A stretch of 64,000 nucleotides of DNA from Octopus bimaculoides (GCF_001194135.2 NC_068984.1:42816501-42880500), one strand, 5' to 3'; shown: positions 41,007-55,877, numbered from the stretch's first letter. The notes: generated by a model from the sequence alone, not told the origin. Numbers and translations are program-made.

Positions 41007-43169
41007 GTGTGTGTGTGTGTGTGTGTGTGTGTTTCGCTTTAGGCTTTGGAACCTTTAAATTTTTTCCACTCCAGTGTAAACGGTGTGAACACTAAAAAGT
41101 TCCACAAGATTTTCGAAAAACTGCTTGTTTAAAATTGTGTAAAAAACATGGACTTTGAAGAACTGACAAGGTAAAAAATTATATCTAAAACAAACAGATG
41201 CAATTACACTTTTACACACACGCATATAGATATTTATATATCGGAAAATACACAGACACAAACAAAAATATTTCTAATGTAAACACAGACGTTGGCAATA
41301 GTCAAAAAATATCACAAGGCAGAAAATAACAAAAGTGGATCTGCCAAAGTTTTAAAGCAAAAAGAAGTCTTAATGATAGGGCAGTTCTTTAAAAAGAGAA
41401 ATACATGTAAGATGTTTGTCATAGAAAGTTTTCCTTCTCTGCTTGCTGAATATATTGAAAGACAATGAGAAAAAGGGGATACTTTTGATATTTGAGCTTT
41501 CTACTTCGAGCAGGGAAACTTTCAATGTGTACACAAACCAGCAGTTAAGGAAAGTTCTGACCGACATGCTGGGCGATACGGTCTCTGTCAGCCGAAGTAA
41601 GGTTTATGGCAGTGAGTGTTTGATTTTCGAAACCAGTCGAACTCATGCATCAAAGACCTCCCTATAGGATGCTGACGCAGTATACGAGACAACGTTGTAC
41701 ACGGGTCACTGCCAGGGACGTTTGGTTATACACAGATTCTTTTATTGTTATTACCTTTGCGACACAATAATGGCATCCGTGTAGTATCAACATGAGATAC
41801 ACAAGTTCTAATGACCTCGACAAAGACAGCAGTTGCATTTGGGAATTATACCCCTTAACGTATACAGATAGAAATGTAGCTTATCAATGGTTCAGAGTAG
41901 AAAGCTCGAAGTAGAAAGCTCAGATATCAACACCCTTCAGCTTCATGGAACTAGTAAGGCATATGACAGGAAGAAAGAAACGGACAGCAACAGGGCTAGA
42001 ATTAAAAGCAATTGGGCCCAGAAGTTCTCTTTCCAAAACACTATCCGGCGGAAGATCCGATGATGGCCATGTGTCGAACTTCATCCGTCATTGGAGGGAC
42101 TAGCTTCTAAGAAACTGATGACTTCTCTCAGTTGTACCATATCATCGTGTAAATTCTATCAATAGAAAGAAAATGTAGGATAGAGACAGCAGAATGAAAG
42201 GGGGAGTAAAACACTAAAAAGGAAAGGAAAGGAGAGCAATACAGCTAGGCCATATACTTGTGAGAACGAATAAAACCTTTTCATAGGACTGAGTGAAGTT
42301 CGTGAACTTGCATATTAGCAACAAGAAACTTCTTCAGAGCAGTTATGAACATGAGGGGAAGAAATCAGGTAAAAATTTAAGATACATTTGGGGGATAAGA
42401 TGTTATAGGCCACCTAAAGGTTTTTGTGCGAAAGGAATTTATTTAAATTCTTTTCTGGTTTGTATTCGAAGTCTGATGGATGTTCAGACGTATCACCATC
42501 AATTACAGTTTCATCTATATCTATCTCATTTTTAGTGGAGCTGAGTCCATCTTACCGCCTTGAAAAGGAAACGAAATACACCGTGTTTTATCATGTAATA
42601 CATACTTAATGAGCTAAAAATGACACCAGACTCACTCCCTAAGGTGAAAGCCATCTAATTCCAGGGTAAAATATATCAGTAAACCCTAAAGACTAGCCAA
42701 CAACTAGCACACGGCGCCACAACTGCAATAATATCACAGAATAATAGTAAACACCTGTAAAACAAATTTAATTTCCCGAAGAACTGCTCCAACAACCGAT
42801 AAACTATTTCATAATGAAAGGGAGAAATTACATCAAATAAAGATCTAGAAATAGATTGCTAGAAGCAATCATTAAAGTTAATAGAAGTGGAAATAATAAT
42901 AACCTTGAAAGCAAATATATAACCAAACCGCCTCACATAGAAGGCATATAACAGTTGAAGCACACAAGGCACCAAAACGCAAAAATATCGAATTTTGATT
43001 ACGTGATATATTACGTCTCATACTGTGATGTTAAAAGTGTACGTAAATCCATCAATATTTGTCAAATTATCCATAGTTTCTGTTGGTTACATTTAGGTTA
43101 AGTTCTTATACCCAATTTTTGGGATATATGGAATATCTAATGCGAGTATAAACATTTTAGAAAATGGGC

Positions 43170-43248
43170 AAACGTCTTCTACTGTAGCCTCGGGCTGACC
43201 AAAGCCTTGTGAGTGGATTTGGTTGACGGAAACTGAAGGAAGCCTGTC

Positions 43249-43252
<4 letters not shown>
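43170..43252 (-). mobile_element. SINE family C fragment abutting (TA)n
   Basis: gtcttctactgtagcctcgggctgaccaaagccttgtgagtggatttgg...gaagcctgtcg. Confidence 0.85.
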
Positions 43253-43341
<89 letters not shown>

Positions 43342-44766
43342 AAGTATGAGATATGGATTCAGAGAATCGTGAGGCTACTACGGAAAGCTCCTCCGACGGA
43401 CACGGCTCACAGCTCATACTATAATCCAAAACAAAGCGTGTCCATGTAGCTAATATTCAGAAGATCCGGTCGTCGATATTTATTTCATGAGGAGTATATG
43501 AACTATAAAAAGTCAGGAAGTATGAGGGGTGAATATATTTATGTAAACTTTTTACATCCACAAAAAATAAGGCCGTTTCTAAGCTTTGTGCACGCAATAA
43601 TAATTTCAGTGTGGAGAAAATTTTGCGTACATGTTTGCATTAATATGCATGCTCAAGGTGCTTTCTCAAGATAAATACTGCAGTTTTATGGCTTTATCCA
43701 CGTTAAGTAGGATATACAAAATGATATTTTGAAGTAATACTGATTTCGTCGCTAATAACGTATTTTTATCCAAACTTACGGCGATTTGCAACATTTGTTA
43801 GTCACTGTTTTTCTATATCCTGAGAAGCTAAATTTGTCTAACCATGCGGTTGCTTATGGTTACTTACAACTGATGACCCTCAAGAAAGCAGAAATCAAGA
43901 TTTAGCAATTTCAACCCTGCTAGTGAACACTTTCTGACTGCTACTGATATGTTTCTGTGCTTTTTAGTTAAAACTTTTATATGAGATGCATTCTCGAAAC
44001 AAATACCGCAGTTTCATGGCTTTCTACTGTATATCCACATTACGTAAGATACATAGAATGCTATTTTCGACTAATTATGCTTCCGTCGCTAATAACGAAC
44101 ACACACATGTCTGTCTGTCTGTATGTATGTACGTATGTATATATGTATGTATGTATGTATGTGTGTATGTATGTATGTGTGTGTGTGTAAATGTTTGTAT
44201 GCATGTATGTGTGGGTGTGTGTGTACACAAAGATATGCATATAAGTGCACTTAGTTTTGAGTGTTCAGTATGAAGCAAAATTGAAAATATATATTGTAAA
44301 TTAAGATAAAATTCTAAATTTTAAGTATTTTGCCATACGCTTTCACAACTTAACTCTGACAGACTTCCTGTTTTAAACTGCATTATTTAACGCGGCTAGT
44401 ATCATAAATCATTATTGGCCGAGACCCGTTGATAGATAGGCTTCAAATTACGCTAACCTACAGTAACTGAAATTTTAAAGTGCTATTGCACCATACGACA
44501 CCCTAGACCACAACTAATTGAATTATTCTCATGGTTGGATGATCGTAGCGTCACCAATCGTCTTATGCTTTCTCCAGGGTGTAATTGCCTCCACAAAATT
44601 TCATGTAGAGAAAAATATTTCAGACTACTGACATTCCTATATTCGTAATAATAGGATTTACAATATTCAAAGTTAACTGTATTCAATCGTTATTTGTTTT
44701 AATCTTCTACCTTCGGGGAATATGTTTTACATCCTCTATTTCTAATATGCATTTCTCTTTGTGTGC

Positions 44767-44798
<32 letters not shown>

Positions 44799-44851
44799 CT
44801 GTGTGTGTGTGTGTGTGCGTGTGTGAGTGGGTGGGTGTATGCATATATGTA

Positions 44852-44900
<49 letters not shown>

Positions 44901-45028
44901 TATATGTGTGTGTGTATATATCATATATTTGTGTGTGTATGTATTTACACACACATTCAAAGGAGGCTTATATAAACTTATATTGATATATATGTATGTA
45001 TGTCTATATATATATATATATGTATATA

Positions 45029-45066
<38 letters not shown>

Positions 45067-45347
45067 CAATCGTACGTTTGTGTGTGTGTGTGCGTATCTA
45101 TGTGTATATATAAATATATAGATGACCATATAAATATACATGTATACGCACGTATATGCGTATATATATATTATATAACATTACATATATGTATGTGGGG
45201 ATATATGTATGTTTATATATATATATCCCTGGAGAAGAATGGGCTTCGTTCTATCAGGCGTTGATGACCCAAGGTAAGACATGCATACTTACAAGCACGC
45301 ACACCGATGCATGTGTTTGTGTGTGTGCGTGTGTTTATACATATATA

Positions 45348-45382
<35 letters not shown>

Positions 45383-45929
45383 NNNNNNNNNNATAGTGTT
45401 CAGTCAACGGTCAATCATAATAATGGCCGATCATAACAATATATATATATATATATATATATTTGCTATTCCGTTAAGATAAGTTCAACAAAAAAGTACT
45501 CCATCAAGTGACAGATAAATATTGCTTCGTTTAATACACGCTGTATTAAAATAAAAGCTACTAATAGATTCTTGACACAAAGTCGTGTGGTAAGGCAAAT
45601 TTTTGTATAGTGTGCTTTGTTTCCTAGCAATCTCCGAGCTCTGAGCACATTGTTATATTCGAAAGACAGGACCTTGGTACTTGAGAAACTACGAAAACAA
45701 AAATAAGAACGTCGATACAAAAAAGTGGAATGAGAAGACAAATAGTGAATCAAAACTGAAACAAAGGAGAGGAAAGGAGAGGAAAGGAGAGGAATGTAAG
45801 AAACTAGAGTTACATATCTTTTAATCGTAGAAAACATAATTAATCTACCTGGTGTAGAATAATTCAACGAAGAGGAGTCATAAGTCTGCGAGATAGCTGT
45901 TCAGTCCGGAGAGGATGGTGTCCTCCAGT

Positions 45930-46700
45930 TTGACAAAAGATATTTGTCCATATGCTTGCATTTACTGAAAATTTTGGATCTGTGATTAAGTAGTGTGTTG
46001 GAGTTCTTGGGTCTAAATAGATAGAGCGAATTTCAGCCTATGCATAAATTGCATCTTTTAAATCCGTTTATTCATCACACAGCTTTCTCTACGATTATCC
46101 CCTTGATTGTATGTGGTGTGCAGTTGGTCCTCAAACTCCATACGTTTCTGACCAACTTAATGGTTTTATTTTTATCGATGCGCCGCCGGAAGCCGGAAAG
46201 AAAAGTGTTTTTTTTAAATTCCCATTGTATAAACCGGTGTAATTTTTCTTTTGAACTGCGTTATCTTGAAACGTTGCTGTAACTTCTACCTCATAGAGGA
46301 CAGAGTTTATCATACACGCCTGGTGAAGTGCGCAAGCTTCCAGGCTTTGACAATTACAACTGGGAATGGGCTCTTGGTGAGGCTGCATGTGGTGAGGCTA
46401 ATATGAAGAACATCGTTACCCGCAAGTTGATTAATTCCTTCCAAACAATATTAGTTGCGCGGGCATTTTTATTTCGTTATATGAGTTCGCCTCCTAGAGT
46501 ATTAATTTACTAACTTCAGTTCCATCGTACAGTGAACATAGCATATCTTATTCGTTTCTTTTTCTTTGAGTGATATCATAAGTTTTCTAACATTTAAATG
46601 TATTTTAGCTACGAAATAGGAGTTTTTGATTAACATTCTGCATATTTCTAATAATCTTCCCTTTGCTGAGCTTTTCGAACATCTGAATTCAAAAGTTTTA
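45930..46700 (-). mobile_element. Penelope-like element remnant (GIY-YIG endonuclease + C-terminal cysteine motif)
   Basis: Minus strand: PSCNCQSLEACALHQACMINSVLYEVEV...KNYTGL, then after frameshifts TKLVRNVWSL...KRCNLCIG...TLLNHRSKIFSKCKHMDK, typical of PLE C-termini. Confidence 0.8.
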
Positions 46701-46917
46701 TTCAATGTTAGATGGCTTTAAGCTAAACGTTTTTCTATCAGTTTCGTATCACTTTTATACAGAGTTTCTTGCATTATTTATTTCGTTACTCTCGTTAAGA
46801 ATATTGTTTTGGTGATACTTCGTTTCGCAGTACGTATATCTGAATACTCGTGTTATAGCAAGATTTTTGGACCAGCTCTGATAACTACTAACTGTTTCAC
46901 ATAATATGTATATATGA

Positions 46918-46949
<32 letters not shown>

Positions 46950-47794
46950 TGTATTAGGTTTTTTTAGTTACAATATTGTATAGAAAACACGCATTGACAG
47001 TTATTTAGGAAGTCGGCGATAACGAACAAACAGCAAACCATGGGGGATTTGGTGTGTCTGAAATTAAACTTGGGTAACTAGAGAAAAACTTGTCAGGAAA
47101 CTTAATATACAAGAGGATGGAAACTAAATTGCTTATGTGAGGCTTTTTGATATTCAAAAATCTTTTGGCACGGGGCAGAGTGCATGAATTAAGTTATTGA
47201 CTAACCGAGTTGACAACACGGTTTCAACTTCTGAGTGAAATAATTTAGTTCTGTTGTTTTATATCCAATGTTCATTATAAATGAAAAGCTCCATGCTAAA
47301 CCGAGAAAAAGTAACGTGCATAAAAAATGTGTGTGTTCAGTGCTGTAGATTACTATGTTATTTCTTGGTAAAGTGAGATTACGATACTGTTTAAATTACC
47401 AATAACTAATACCGTCGAGAAAGACTAGTTAATAGGGGTACCTCTGAGTGTTCCTTCGACTTCTTAGAAATAGCAGCCAAATCTCACAAAAATTATATTT
47501 TATTTTTAGCTATATGAATGAAAATGTGCGATAGCTACAATACCTTCGATTATGGGTCTACTCAGCGCTAAGTTAGGGTTAAAAACTAACAACAGCAAAG
47601 AATGTTAAAGCAGCGTCATTTTGTCTTCTTCCCTGGTATACACAGTCTTTGAAAACAATGATTATTTAAACAGCCTTAAACTCTATGCTAAATTCATTAG
47701 ATTAGTTAGTCTCTTCAGTCTTTACTCATAGTTCAAAACCAGCGAAATTACGCTTTATTTTCTTCTTAAATCAAAAAGATAGCACTAATATATT

Positions 47795-47980
47795 GGCTGC
47801 AATTTCGAGGGAAAGGTAAGACGATTACACCCACCCCAGTATTCAGCTGCTACTTATTTTATCGACTCCCGAAAAGCAAAGTGACCCTTAGCGGCATTTG
47901 AACCCAGAACGTAAATACGGACGAAATACTATTAAGCATTTTGCCCGGTGTGCTACCGATTCGGCTAGCTCACCGCCTTA
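47795..47980 (-). mobile_element. SINE family B
   Basis: Ends ...gctagctcaccgcctt; core tacttattttatcgac. Confidence 0.8.
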
Positions 47981-49271
47981 CACGCCTCTAATATATTGGA
48001 GTCTATACTCAAGACTATTGAATGAAACTTCCTTGCAAGAAACAACTTTGTGTATATTGGAAAAATTCATGATTTAGTCAACCTTAAAGCGATCGATGCA
48101 ATTGAACACTGAACTGAATAAGTCTTGATATTATTTGCTGCATTATTGCGACGATTGCAGATTCGGTCATTTATAAATTAATTCTTGATGAGATAGTAGT
48201 GCTTGTTGCAAAAGATAGATTGGCCTTTCGTAGTCTCTTACATCGCTTGTAACATCAAACATCATTTTATAAGTGAACAAAATGGCTGTACGTCATGTGT
48301 CAGTGGCTGGAACAGGATCTCTGTGCAAAAGAAAAGTAGGGTTTTTTTTAATAAATTGTCGGTTCTATATGTGCACAACCTGTTCAATTTCAATCGGTAT
48401 AAAGGTTTGGATGAGAAGAACATATGGTTGGTGCAAACTGGACTATGAATGGCTAAACAAAATCATTTATGGGAAATACCCAAAATCATGTTTTTGTCTG
48501 TAAAAATCTTAAGAAAACTAAAAGACATCTTGAAGAACGTACATATGAAAGAGATACATATGTGATTCACTTGCACAAGGATGATAGATTTGATGATTAA
48601 CAGAATACAAGATCTTGGAAGCAAACCTCAATTATGAGAACAAAATAAACATTTGTTTCATGTATTTTCGTTGCTAGATCCAAGTATACGCGCTATTACA
48701 TAATACTTACATTTGTCATATCCGCAAGAGACATTAAGTTAACCAGCAGCACATCCCTTTCCAAAATTACTAGAATACATATTATAAACAAACAGATTTC
48801 ATGAACACAAACTTAAAGAACGTACTTGCAAACAAAGATGTGTGAGCTAGCAGTGATTCGAGCAGCCAACAGTAACAATATACTAGATTTGTTATATACT
48901 AGATTCGTTACAATTGGCTCTAACACTTTTCTACAAAAGTTGGCCTACTATCTAGTTGAAAACAAGCAATATTTAGTAGTCTTTGGGGATGATAACGGTG
49001 GTTGATGATGGGTAACTAATATGTCTTTTGAGAGTTGGCTTCTTATCGGATCTATTCCCAGTAGGTCGACAAACTTGTCTAATCTCCTAATTATGCTACG
49101 AAGATCCTTCCCCCATTAACCTTTTTCTTTTTCTGTTTTCTTTAGTTATTTTGCATACATACGTATATACATACTCACATATATACATGCATGCATACAT
49201 ATACGTATGTATAATATATGTATATAAGGAGAGAGTGTCAGAAAAGCGTCGATGTCAAGGCCTGTACATAC

Positions 49272-49325
<54 letters not shown>

Positions 49326-51722
49326 CTATGTGTGTGCGCGCATGCGTGTGTGTGTGTGTATGTGTGTTTAAAGATTGTTGCATTATACATATATTTGTAT
49401 GTTGAGCAACTGAAATTGTATTCTATTTATGTTTTGTTCCATTTTGTTCTGTTTTTTTTTTCTCCCTTTTTTTCAACTTATATACCGCCACGTTGACTAT
49501 CGTTTATCAGTACCTCCTTCTCTCAGACATTAACATCTGATAAACACTATCCCCGGAAATATCGGTTGTTTGTTACACATGCGCGGTTTATATCTTAAGT
49601 GTTATTTATTAAATTATTTTGTTTTATAGATTGCCATGTATTTTCTTTTCTTTCTTTTCTGTTTATTTGTTGTTTAGTTATTTGCATATATATGTATGAG
49701 TGTGTGTGTGTATTTTTTGAGAAGCAGAGCGGCTCGTGGAGGGGGGGGGGTGCTAACATTGCTTAAGATGTGGAAAAAGTACTTTGAGAAGTATTTCTTT
49801 GTGAAAACAAGGAAATAATGGATTAGGTTACGCCAGATTATTTAATTCATCTGAAAATAAAAGTCTAAATAATCAAAACTATTTTGGCTTTGTATTATTG
49901 TTTATCATATACTCAATTAAAGGTGATTGGTTACTTAAGCACAATTCTCATGTTGTTTATAAAACAATGACTGAGTTTCGGCTGATCAGAAATTGTCGAC
50001 AAATCTCGCTCAAATTATACACTACTGTCGAAAATTAAGATAAAATTATTAGATCATGCAGCCCGACATACCCCAAAAGAGACGTTTCACTTGTGACCAG
50101 CTGCTAAAAGTGTTAGTCACAGTTGAAATACCTTTTGACTTTAGGTCAACTCAATGCCGGTTAATCTCGGGTTAAACAACTTATACTATTTGCTTCTTTG
50201 CTTTTATGGTGGTCAGTGTCATTTGAATTGAAAGTATAATAATACTATTAATTTTATTGAATACGGAATGTTAAATAGTGTGGTTGGTTACGATGGGAAT
50301 TAAAACTCTGGAATTATAGCCACAAATTGAAATACTGTAACACATGTCAACTACTAATGCAATATATTTAGTTGAAACAGACTCTCATCGAAGGCAAATA
50401 GTCGGTTCCGAAACGCTATACCTCTCATCTTCCTTCGACATGCGATCTATCCAAACTCATAGAGATTTCCTCAAAGTCTATTGTTTTACGTAAAATATTT
50501 ACTCTAGTATTTTATGGATCCTACCAACAGCATTGCTCTTATTTTGAGCGTCCCCTTCTTTAATAATGAGTTTCACTTTATCCTACCGGTGTTGTGCTTG
50601 TTTAGCCCCGAGTCAGATTTGCTTTCCTTTCTATTATAGGCACAAGGAAAAAGAAAGTCTTAAGGATGCATCTTGAGAGAAGGATTACTGGAAAAAGTTT
50701 TCAATGTAATCTCTGTAACGTGACGTCGGAAAATGTATTCTTCGATTCCATAAAAACAGTACGCGTCACCACGGAGAATAAAAAGCGAAATGAAGTGATG
50801 GAACAGATGATTGTTTCTGTGTAGAAGGATATAGCTGTCAAGAATGTGTGATGTTTGAATCGTTGAAGGTCGAAATTTGAAAGCAAAATAGGGTCAGAAA
50901 GCTCCAGACAGTTTTTTTCTGGAAAAGAAGGATGTGGTGTTTAAAGCAGAGACTTCAGATTCAGTCATATCAATGTTAAAGAAGAGAGAAGTTTATTGCT
51001 TGTCGAGTGGGTTGATATGATGATACACAATTGTTAGTTCAGAAGAGAGACCGTTGTAGCAACGCTAAAACGTACACAGCATATTACAGAGCATCAAAAC
51101 TTTAGTAGCAAAAGAACGATTTACACAATGTCATTTGATGTTTAATATGCACATACTCGTAATTATCAGATTCACAACCATATACACACCAATGATTTCC
51201 ATTACTTTGGTTTCAAATATCTATTTTAAATTACTCACAGGAATTAAACCAATATAGAAAAGGTTTGAGTTAACAAGTATCTGAAAGAAAGAAAAAAAAT
51301 ACATGACATACTAACAAGCTAAATGCTTCCTATGAAACAAAAAAGAAAGCTAGAAATATAAAAGAACGTAATGAAGTTTCTAAAATTTTATTTTATTTTT
51401 ATCTGCTAATCTTTAGCACATTCTTTTTCATTGAATTCATTCCCTTCCCCCTGATAGGAAAGAATGGAATGGCTTGAAAATAGAATATATCAAAAACTAA
51501 ACATTTTAATGTGACAAGGGAATGCTAATTTCAAATTTGGAAAAAATATATATGCTATAAAATGAACTGGAGTCGTCTTGTTTCATCTTCGTTATCAAAT
51601 TTAATTACGTTTATTGGGTTTTCTATTTATTTAACGTTGTAACAACTCAATAACTAATATGGCAGACAACACTCCTGAGAATTGATAAGTAACCCCCATG
51701 CCCACTTAACATTTATCCCCAG

Positions 51723-51779
51723 CGGTTATCAGGAACGTGGTAGTAAGGAATAATATCGATAATAGTAACGGCAGCTGTT
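51723..51779 (+). CDS. Candidate 57-nt internal exon (phase 1-1), xVIRNVVVRNNIDNSNGSCx
   Basis: Branch-like cttaac plus atttatccccAG acceptor, GTGAGT donor, length divisible by 3, and only one open frame. No homology recognised. Confidence 0.35.
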
Positions 51780-54279
51780 GTGAGTTATTAAAGCTCTGAC
51801 GAAACAGAATCTAGCGTTTCAGATATTAATCAACAATACTTTTGTTGGCTTATAGAGCCGGTTGCTTTAATTCCTTTTCTATTTCGTGGATTTTGAAAAC
51901 GATGTATTATTGTAAATCACTGGCATCAAAGTGTTTACTAAAACACAAACACATTAAAAATTAAACATATAACATCTAAGTCCGGGGTTCCAAAATATTA
52001 TGAAAGAACTGTTTCTAAATATTACTTTGATATTATTTGATCTGTCTATAATTCACATTTTTTTATTTTAATAAATCTAAAGTCTACAGATTATTAGTTT
52101 ATTGAAAAACGTAAATATCAAATAACCTGTAACTTGTTTGTTGGTGACCTTAAGCAACACGCATATATTTTGGTATTTAGAAACAACTTAACCTAATTAT
52201 TATTGTATCTAAGAATAAAGAGATGGAATTCGGTAGAATACAGGAGTAGAATAATTGTAAAACGCGTCCCTAATATATGTATGTGTATCCACTATTTTTC
52301 AGAAGATATCCTTTATAAACATATACATGGTTATCGTAGATAAAAATAGCATAATTACTAGTTATATTTAAGATATGACATCATGGTAGTAGACTTATTC
52401 AACACCATAATAAAACTTAGTGTTTCCTTTATTAACAAAAAAAAAACGGCTAGAAATATCTGGATATAGGGAGAATCGTGGCAGAACTAGAAATATATGC
52501 AGGTATACAATAAACATCCTCGGTAGCAGCAATATTAAATTATATCTCTGAAAATATATAATGAAGATATATGCACAAAAATCTTCTTAATTATGTGTTG
52601 AATCATCATAGAGGTATCGAGATATTCATAGAAGCAGAAATGCCTGGATGGCGAAGAATTCCTGTATGAAGTAAATATAGAATTTTTTCTGTATTCCTCA
52701 TGATTCTCATCTTGTAAGGGAAAGAAATGTAATGTAGCAACTCTTCATCATTGTATTTTTAGTACTTATCGACCCCGTTGGAATAAATGACTTTCTGTAC
52801 TTTGATGAATTGTGATCTAAAAACTGCAAACTATCTACCTCAGCTCAGTATCTACTTGACTGTATTCTCTCTGAAGACCGTAACATAACGACATGCGGTA
52901 TGAAAATGCTCATAAATTATGATGGTATCCAACTGAATTTCAAAATGGCTGCTTAGATTTATACAGAGTTTAATAAATGTGCTACACATATCAAATGATT
53001 ATGTCATTAGCAAAACCTTGTGAGTAAATTTTTTAAGCATTCACCGAAATAAAATAAATAAAATATGTTCCGTAAGTACAGATATCTTTACAAACCCATC
53101 ATTCGTGAGGCGATACGTGTAGAGTAACATTTTGACAAACTGCGCAACTTCAGTAGGGAAACTACTTATAAAAAAAAGACATTAAGAATTTAGGAACACA
53201 CAAAAAAGTAAAGTCCAACTATGAATCACAGGTGTTCATGCTCATATATGATGAGACATTATGCTATTTTATGTAAAATTACGACCGGGATGAACAAAAG
53301 CCTCATCTCCTAAGGGTAGAGCATCTATCTCCACCACCTTCATTGTGGAAACTACTGCATGCAGCTGCTGCCGCCATATTTGTAGAAATTTTATTGTCAA
53401 AGCAGATGGCTCTGTCTATATCAGAGTTGCGGTACTGTCAAGAACCCAGAAGAGTGATAGATAGTGTAAGAGGGAAAAAGACTTATAAGTCCATTATTCT
53501 TTTTAAGTCAAGTGAGATGCAGGCTGAAATTGTAAAGCGAAAAGATATTATTCAGTACTAGATACACTATTAAATACTGCGTCAAACTAATGACACCATA
53601 ACAAGAGAGTAAAATATTGGGTAAGAAGCAGAAAAGTTGAATAGAAAAAAATGAAATTGACGAGATTTAGATAGAAAGCAGTAACGTAAGGTGAATAGGA
53701 GGGCTTGGGTGTAAACGAAGGAGATAGGTGAGAAAGTAAAAGCAAGTTATGGAGACAAATTAGAGATAGGGAGTGAGTTTTCTATGTTGATTCGAAAAGA
53801 AAGAAATATGAAGACAAAAGAGAGATGACATGATCAAAATTGAGTAAATATAGAATTTTACATCCTATTCAACAGTTACGAATGCCGACAAACAGAGAGC
53901 ATATAAGTGGCAGTTTTCCCTACAGGCAACTGAAATTCCTGGGATAATTTATTAGTCGCGGAGTATAGTAGAGTAACTCCAAGAATAGAACATAAGGCAT
54001 TGGATTCATTCCTTCGTTTCGGTCGTTTCAATTATACTTGGTTCAGATCTACCATGAATATAATATGACTATAAATATAAATCATAACGTAATATTACAT
54101 CGTGATTCTGCAACGATATTTAGGAGGGTAACTTATTTGATATCGCTAGATATCATATAAATTTGTGCAAGGTGCATGCAAGACATTAGGCTGTAATCTT
54201 TACAGGTAACAGAAATTTATATAGCCGCCATTGTCTCTTCTGTTTTTTTTGTTTTTTTTTTATTATAATTTTTCCACTA

Positions 54280-54600
54280 AGAAAGGAGCCGGTTTCCATG
54301 AAAGAGACAAGGCTCCATTTTTGGGATGTGCTTAACATAGACAAATTCACATTTGGAACTTGAGAAAAGTCTTGCATATTTTTGCTGTCCCACTCACAGT
54401 TTGCACTTGTAATGTACGAATTAGCCGGTCGATTTCTCTTTCTGAAAATCCCAGTTTATCCACATTTTCCTTTAAGCATTTACTAACAAAACCTGATGTT
54501 CCAATTGGTATGATTATGAATTCATAGTCTAGATATAGAAAATGGCGGTTTCGAAGCAGTTGTCCATAGACATCCTCCTTTTCTTTGATTTTCAAAAAGT
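54280..54600 (-). mobile_element. RLE-type non-LTR retrotransposon 3' end (same family as 14170-14860)
   Basis: KIKEKEDVYGQLLRN...CKTFLKFQM* plus the shared 3' UTR. Confidence 0.85.
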
Positions 54601-54819
54601 TATGTATGTATGTATGTATGTATGTATGTATGTATGTATGTATGTATGCATGTATGTATGTATGCATGTATGTATGCATGTATGTATGTATGTATGTATG
54701 TATTTATGTAAGTGTGTATGTATAAGTGTATGTATATATATTTGTGTATGTACGTGTATATGCGCATGCACGCTCGTGTGTGTAAGAACAAAAGTTTCCA
54801 TCTGATCTGGAATTATTTT

Positions 54820-55155
54820 TGCTCATTGTTTCAAAATCTATAAAGACGGAAATTAAAAACACTTTCCGCGACAATTGCTCTGGAAAACAAATAAGGAAAG
54901 ATTTACAAATTTTACCGTAAATCTGATTTATCTTATTACATGTGCACAATGTAATGAGCGTTATATCGATCAATAGGAACCAACTTTATGAACCAAGTTA
55001 TGGTACATAAACAACAAATCAATCATTCATCTCTTAGATGTGTTCCATGTAGCGAACATTTAGACATATGTGCAAATGCGAAATTAAATTATTCTCCTTT
55101 TTCGAATTACAAGAAGGAAACGAAAGGAAACGGTTTCAGAAAATCAAAAGAAAGT
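54820..55155 (+). mobile_element. Penelope-like GIY-YIG remnant
   Basis: YLITCAQCNERYIDQ (GIY...YIG) and VHKQQI...RCVPCSEHLDICAN...PF; same type as 27575-28125. Confidence 0.7.
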
Positions 55156-55479
55156 ATTTTAGATTCCCCATTCGAGTTATCTCTATTTCCAGGTCTTTGT
55201 ATTTTGAAAGTTTTTCCATTTCTTTTAGAGAAACGTTGTCATCTGCTGGTATTGAAACATCAATTAGAAGGCATTTTTTTCCTTCATGATCTTTGACAAC
55301 TATATCTGGTCTATTTGCCTTAATTTCTCTATCTGTGTGTATTGGCATATCTCAGAGTATGGTTGCTTTCTCGTTTTCTGTGACCTTTTCTGGCGTGTGT
55401 TTATACCATCTTTTTTCTGTTGCTATTCCATAATGTTGGCATAGCTTCCAGTGTATATAGGTCCCAGCTCTGTCGTGTC
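55155..55479 (-). mobile_element. R4/Dong-like RLE-domain fragment, running into an N-gap
   Basis: HDRAGTYIHWKLCQHYGI...WYKHTPEKV.ENEKATIL*DMPIHTDREIKANRPDIVV...KEMEKLSKYKDLEIEI. Confidence 0.9.
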
Positions 55480-55795
55480 NNNNNNNNNNNNNNNNNNNNN
55501 NNNNNNNNNNNNNNNNNNNNNNNNNNNNNNNNNNNNNNNNNNNNNNNNNNNNNNNNNNNNNNNNNNNNNNNNNNNNNNNNNNNNNNNNNNNNNNNNNNNN
55601 NNNNNNNNNNNNNNNNNNNNNNNNNNNNNNNNNNNNNNNNNNNNNNNNNNNNNNNNNNNNNNNNNNNNNNNNNNNNNNNNNNNNNNNNNNNNNNNNNNNN
55701 NNNNNNNNNNNNNNNNNNNNNNNNNNNNNNNNNNNNNNNNNNNNNNNNNNNNNNNNNNNNNNNNNNNNNNNNNNNNNNNNNNNNNNNNNNNNNNN

Positions 55796-55877
<82 letters not shown>

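Noticed and set aside
42056-42090. Hammerhead-like ccgatgatggccatgtgtcgaac
   Set aside because: The core is doubly mismatched (CCGAUGA; GAAC), stem II is only 3 bp, and there is no stem I. Consistent with chance.
46165-46215. Plus-strand FIDAPPEAGK resembling a Helitron/PIF1 Walker A motif
   Set aside because: The opposite strand gives a much longer coherent Penelope GIY-YIG match across the same bases.
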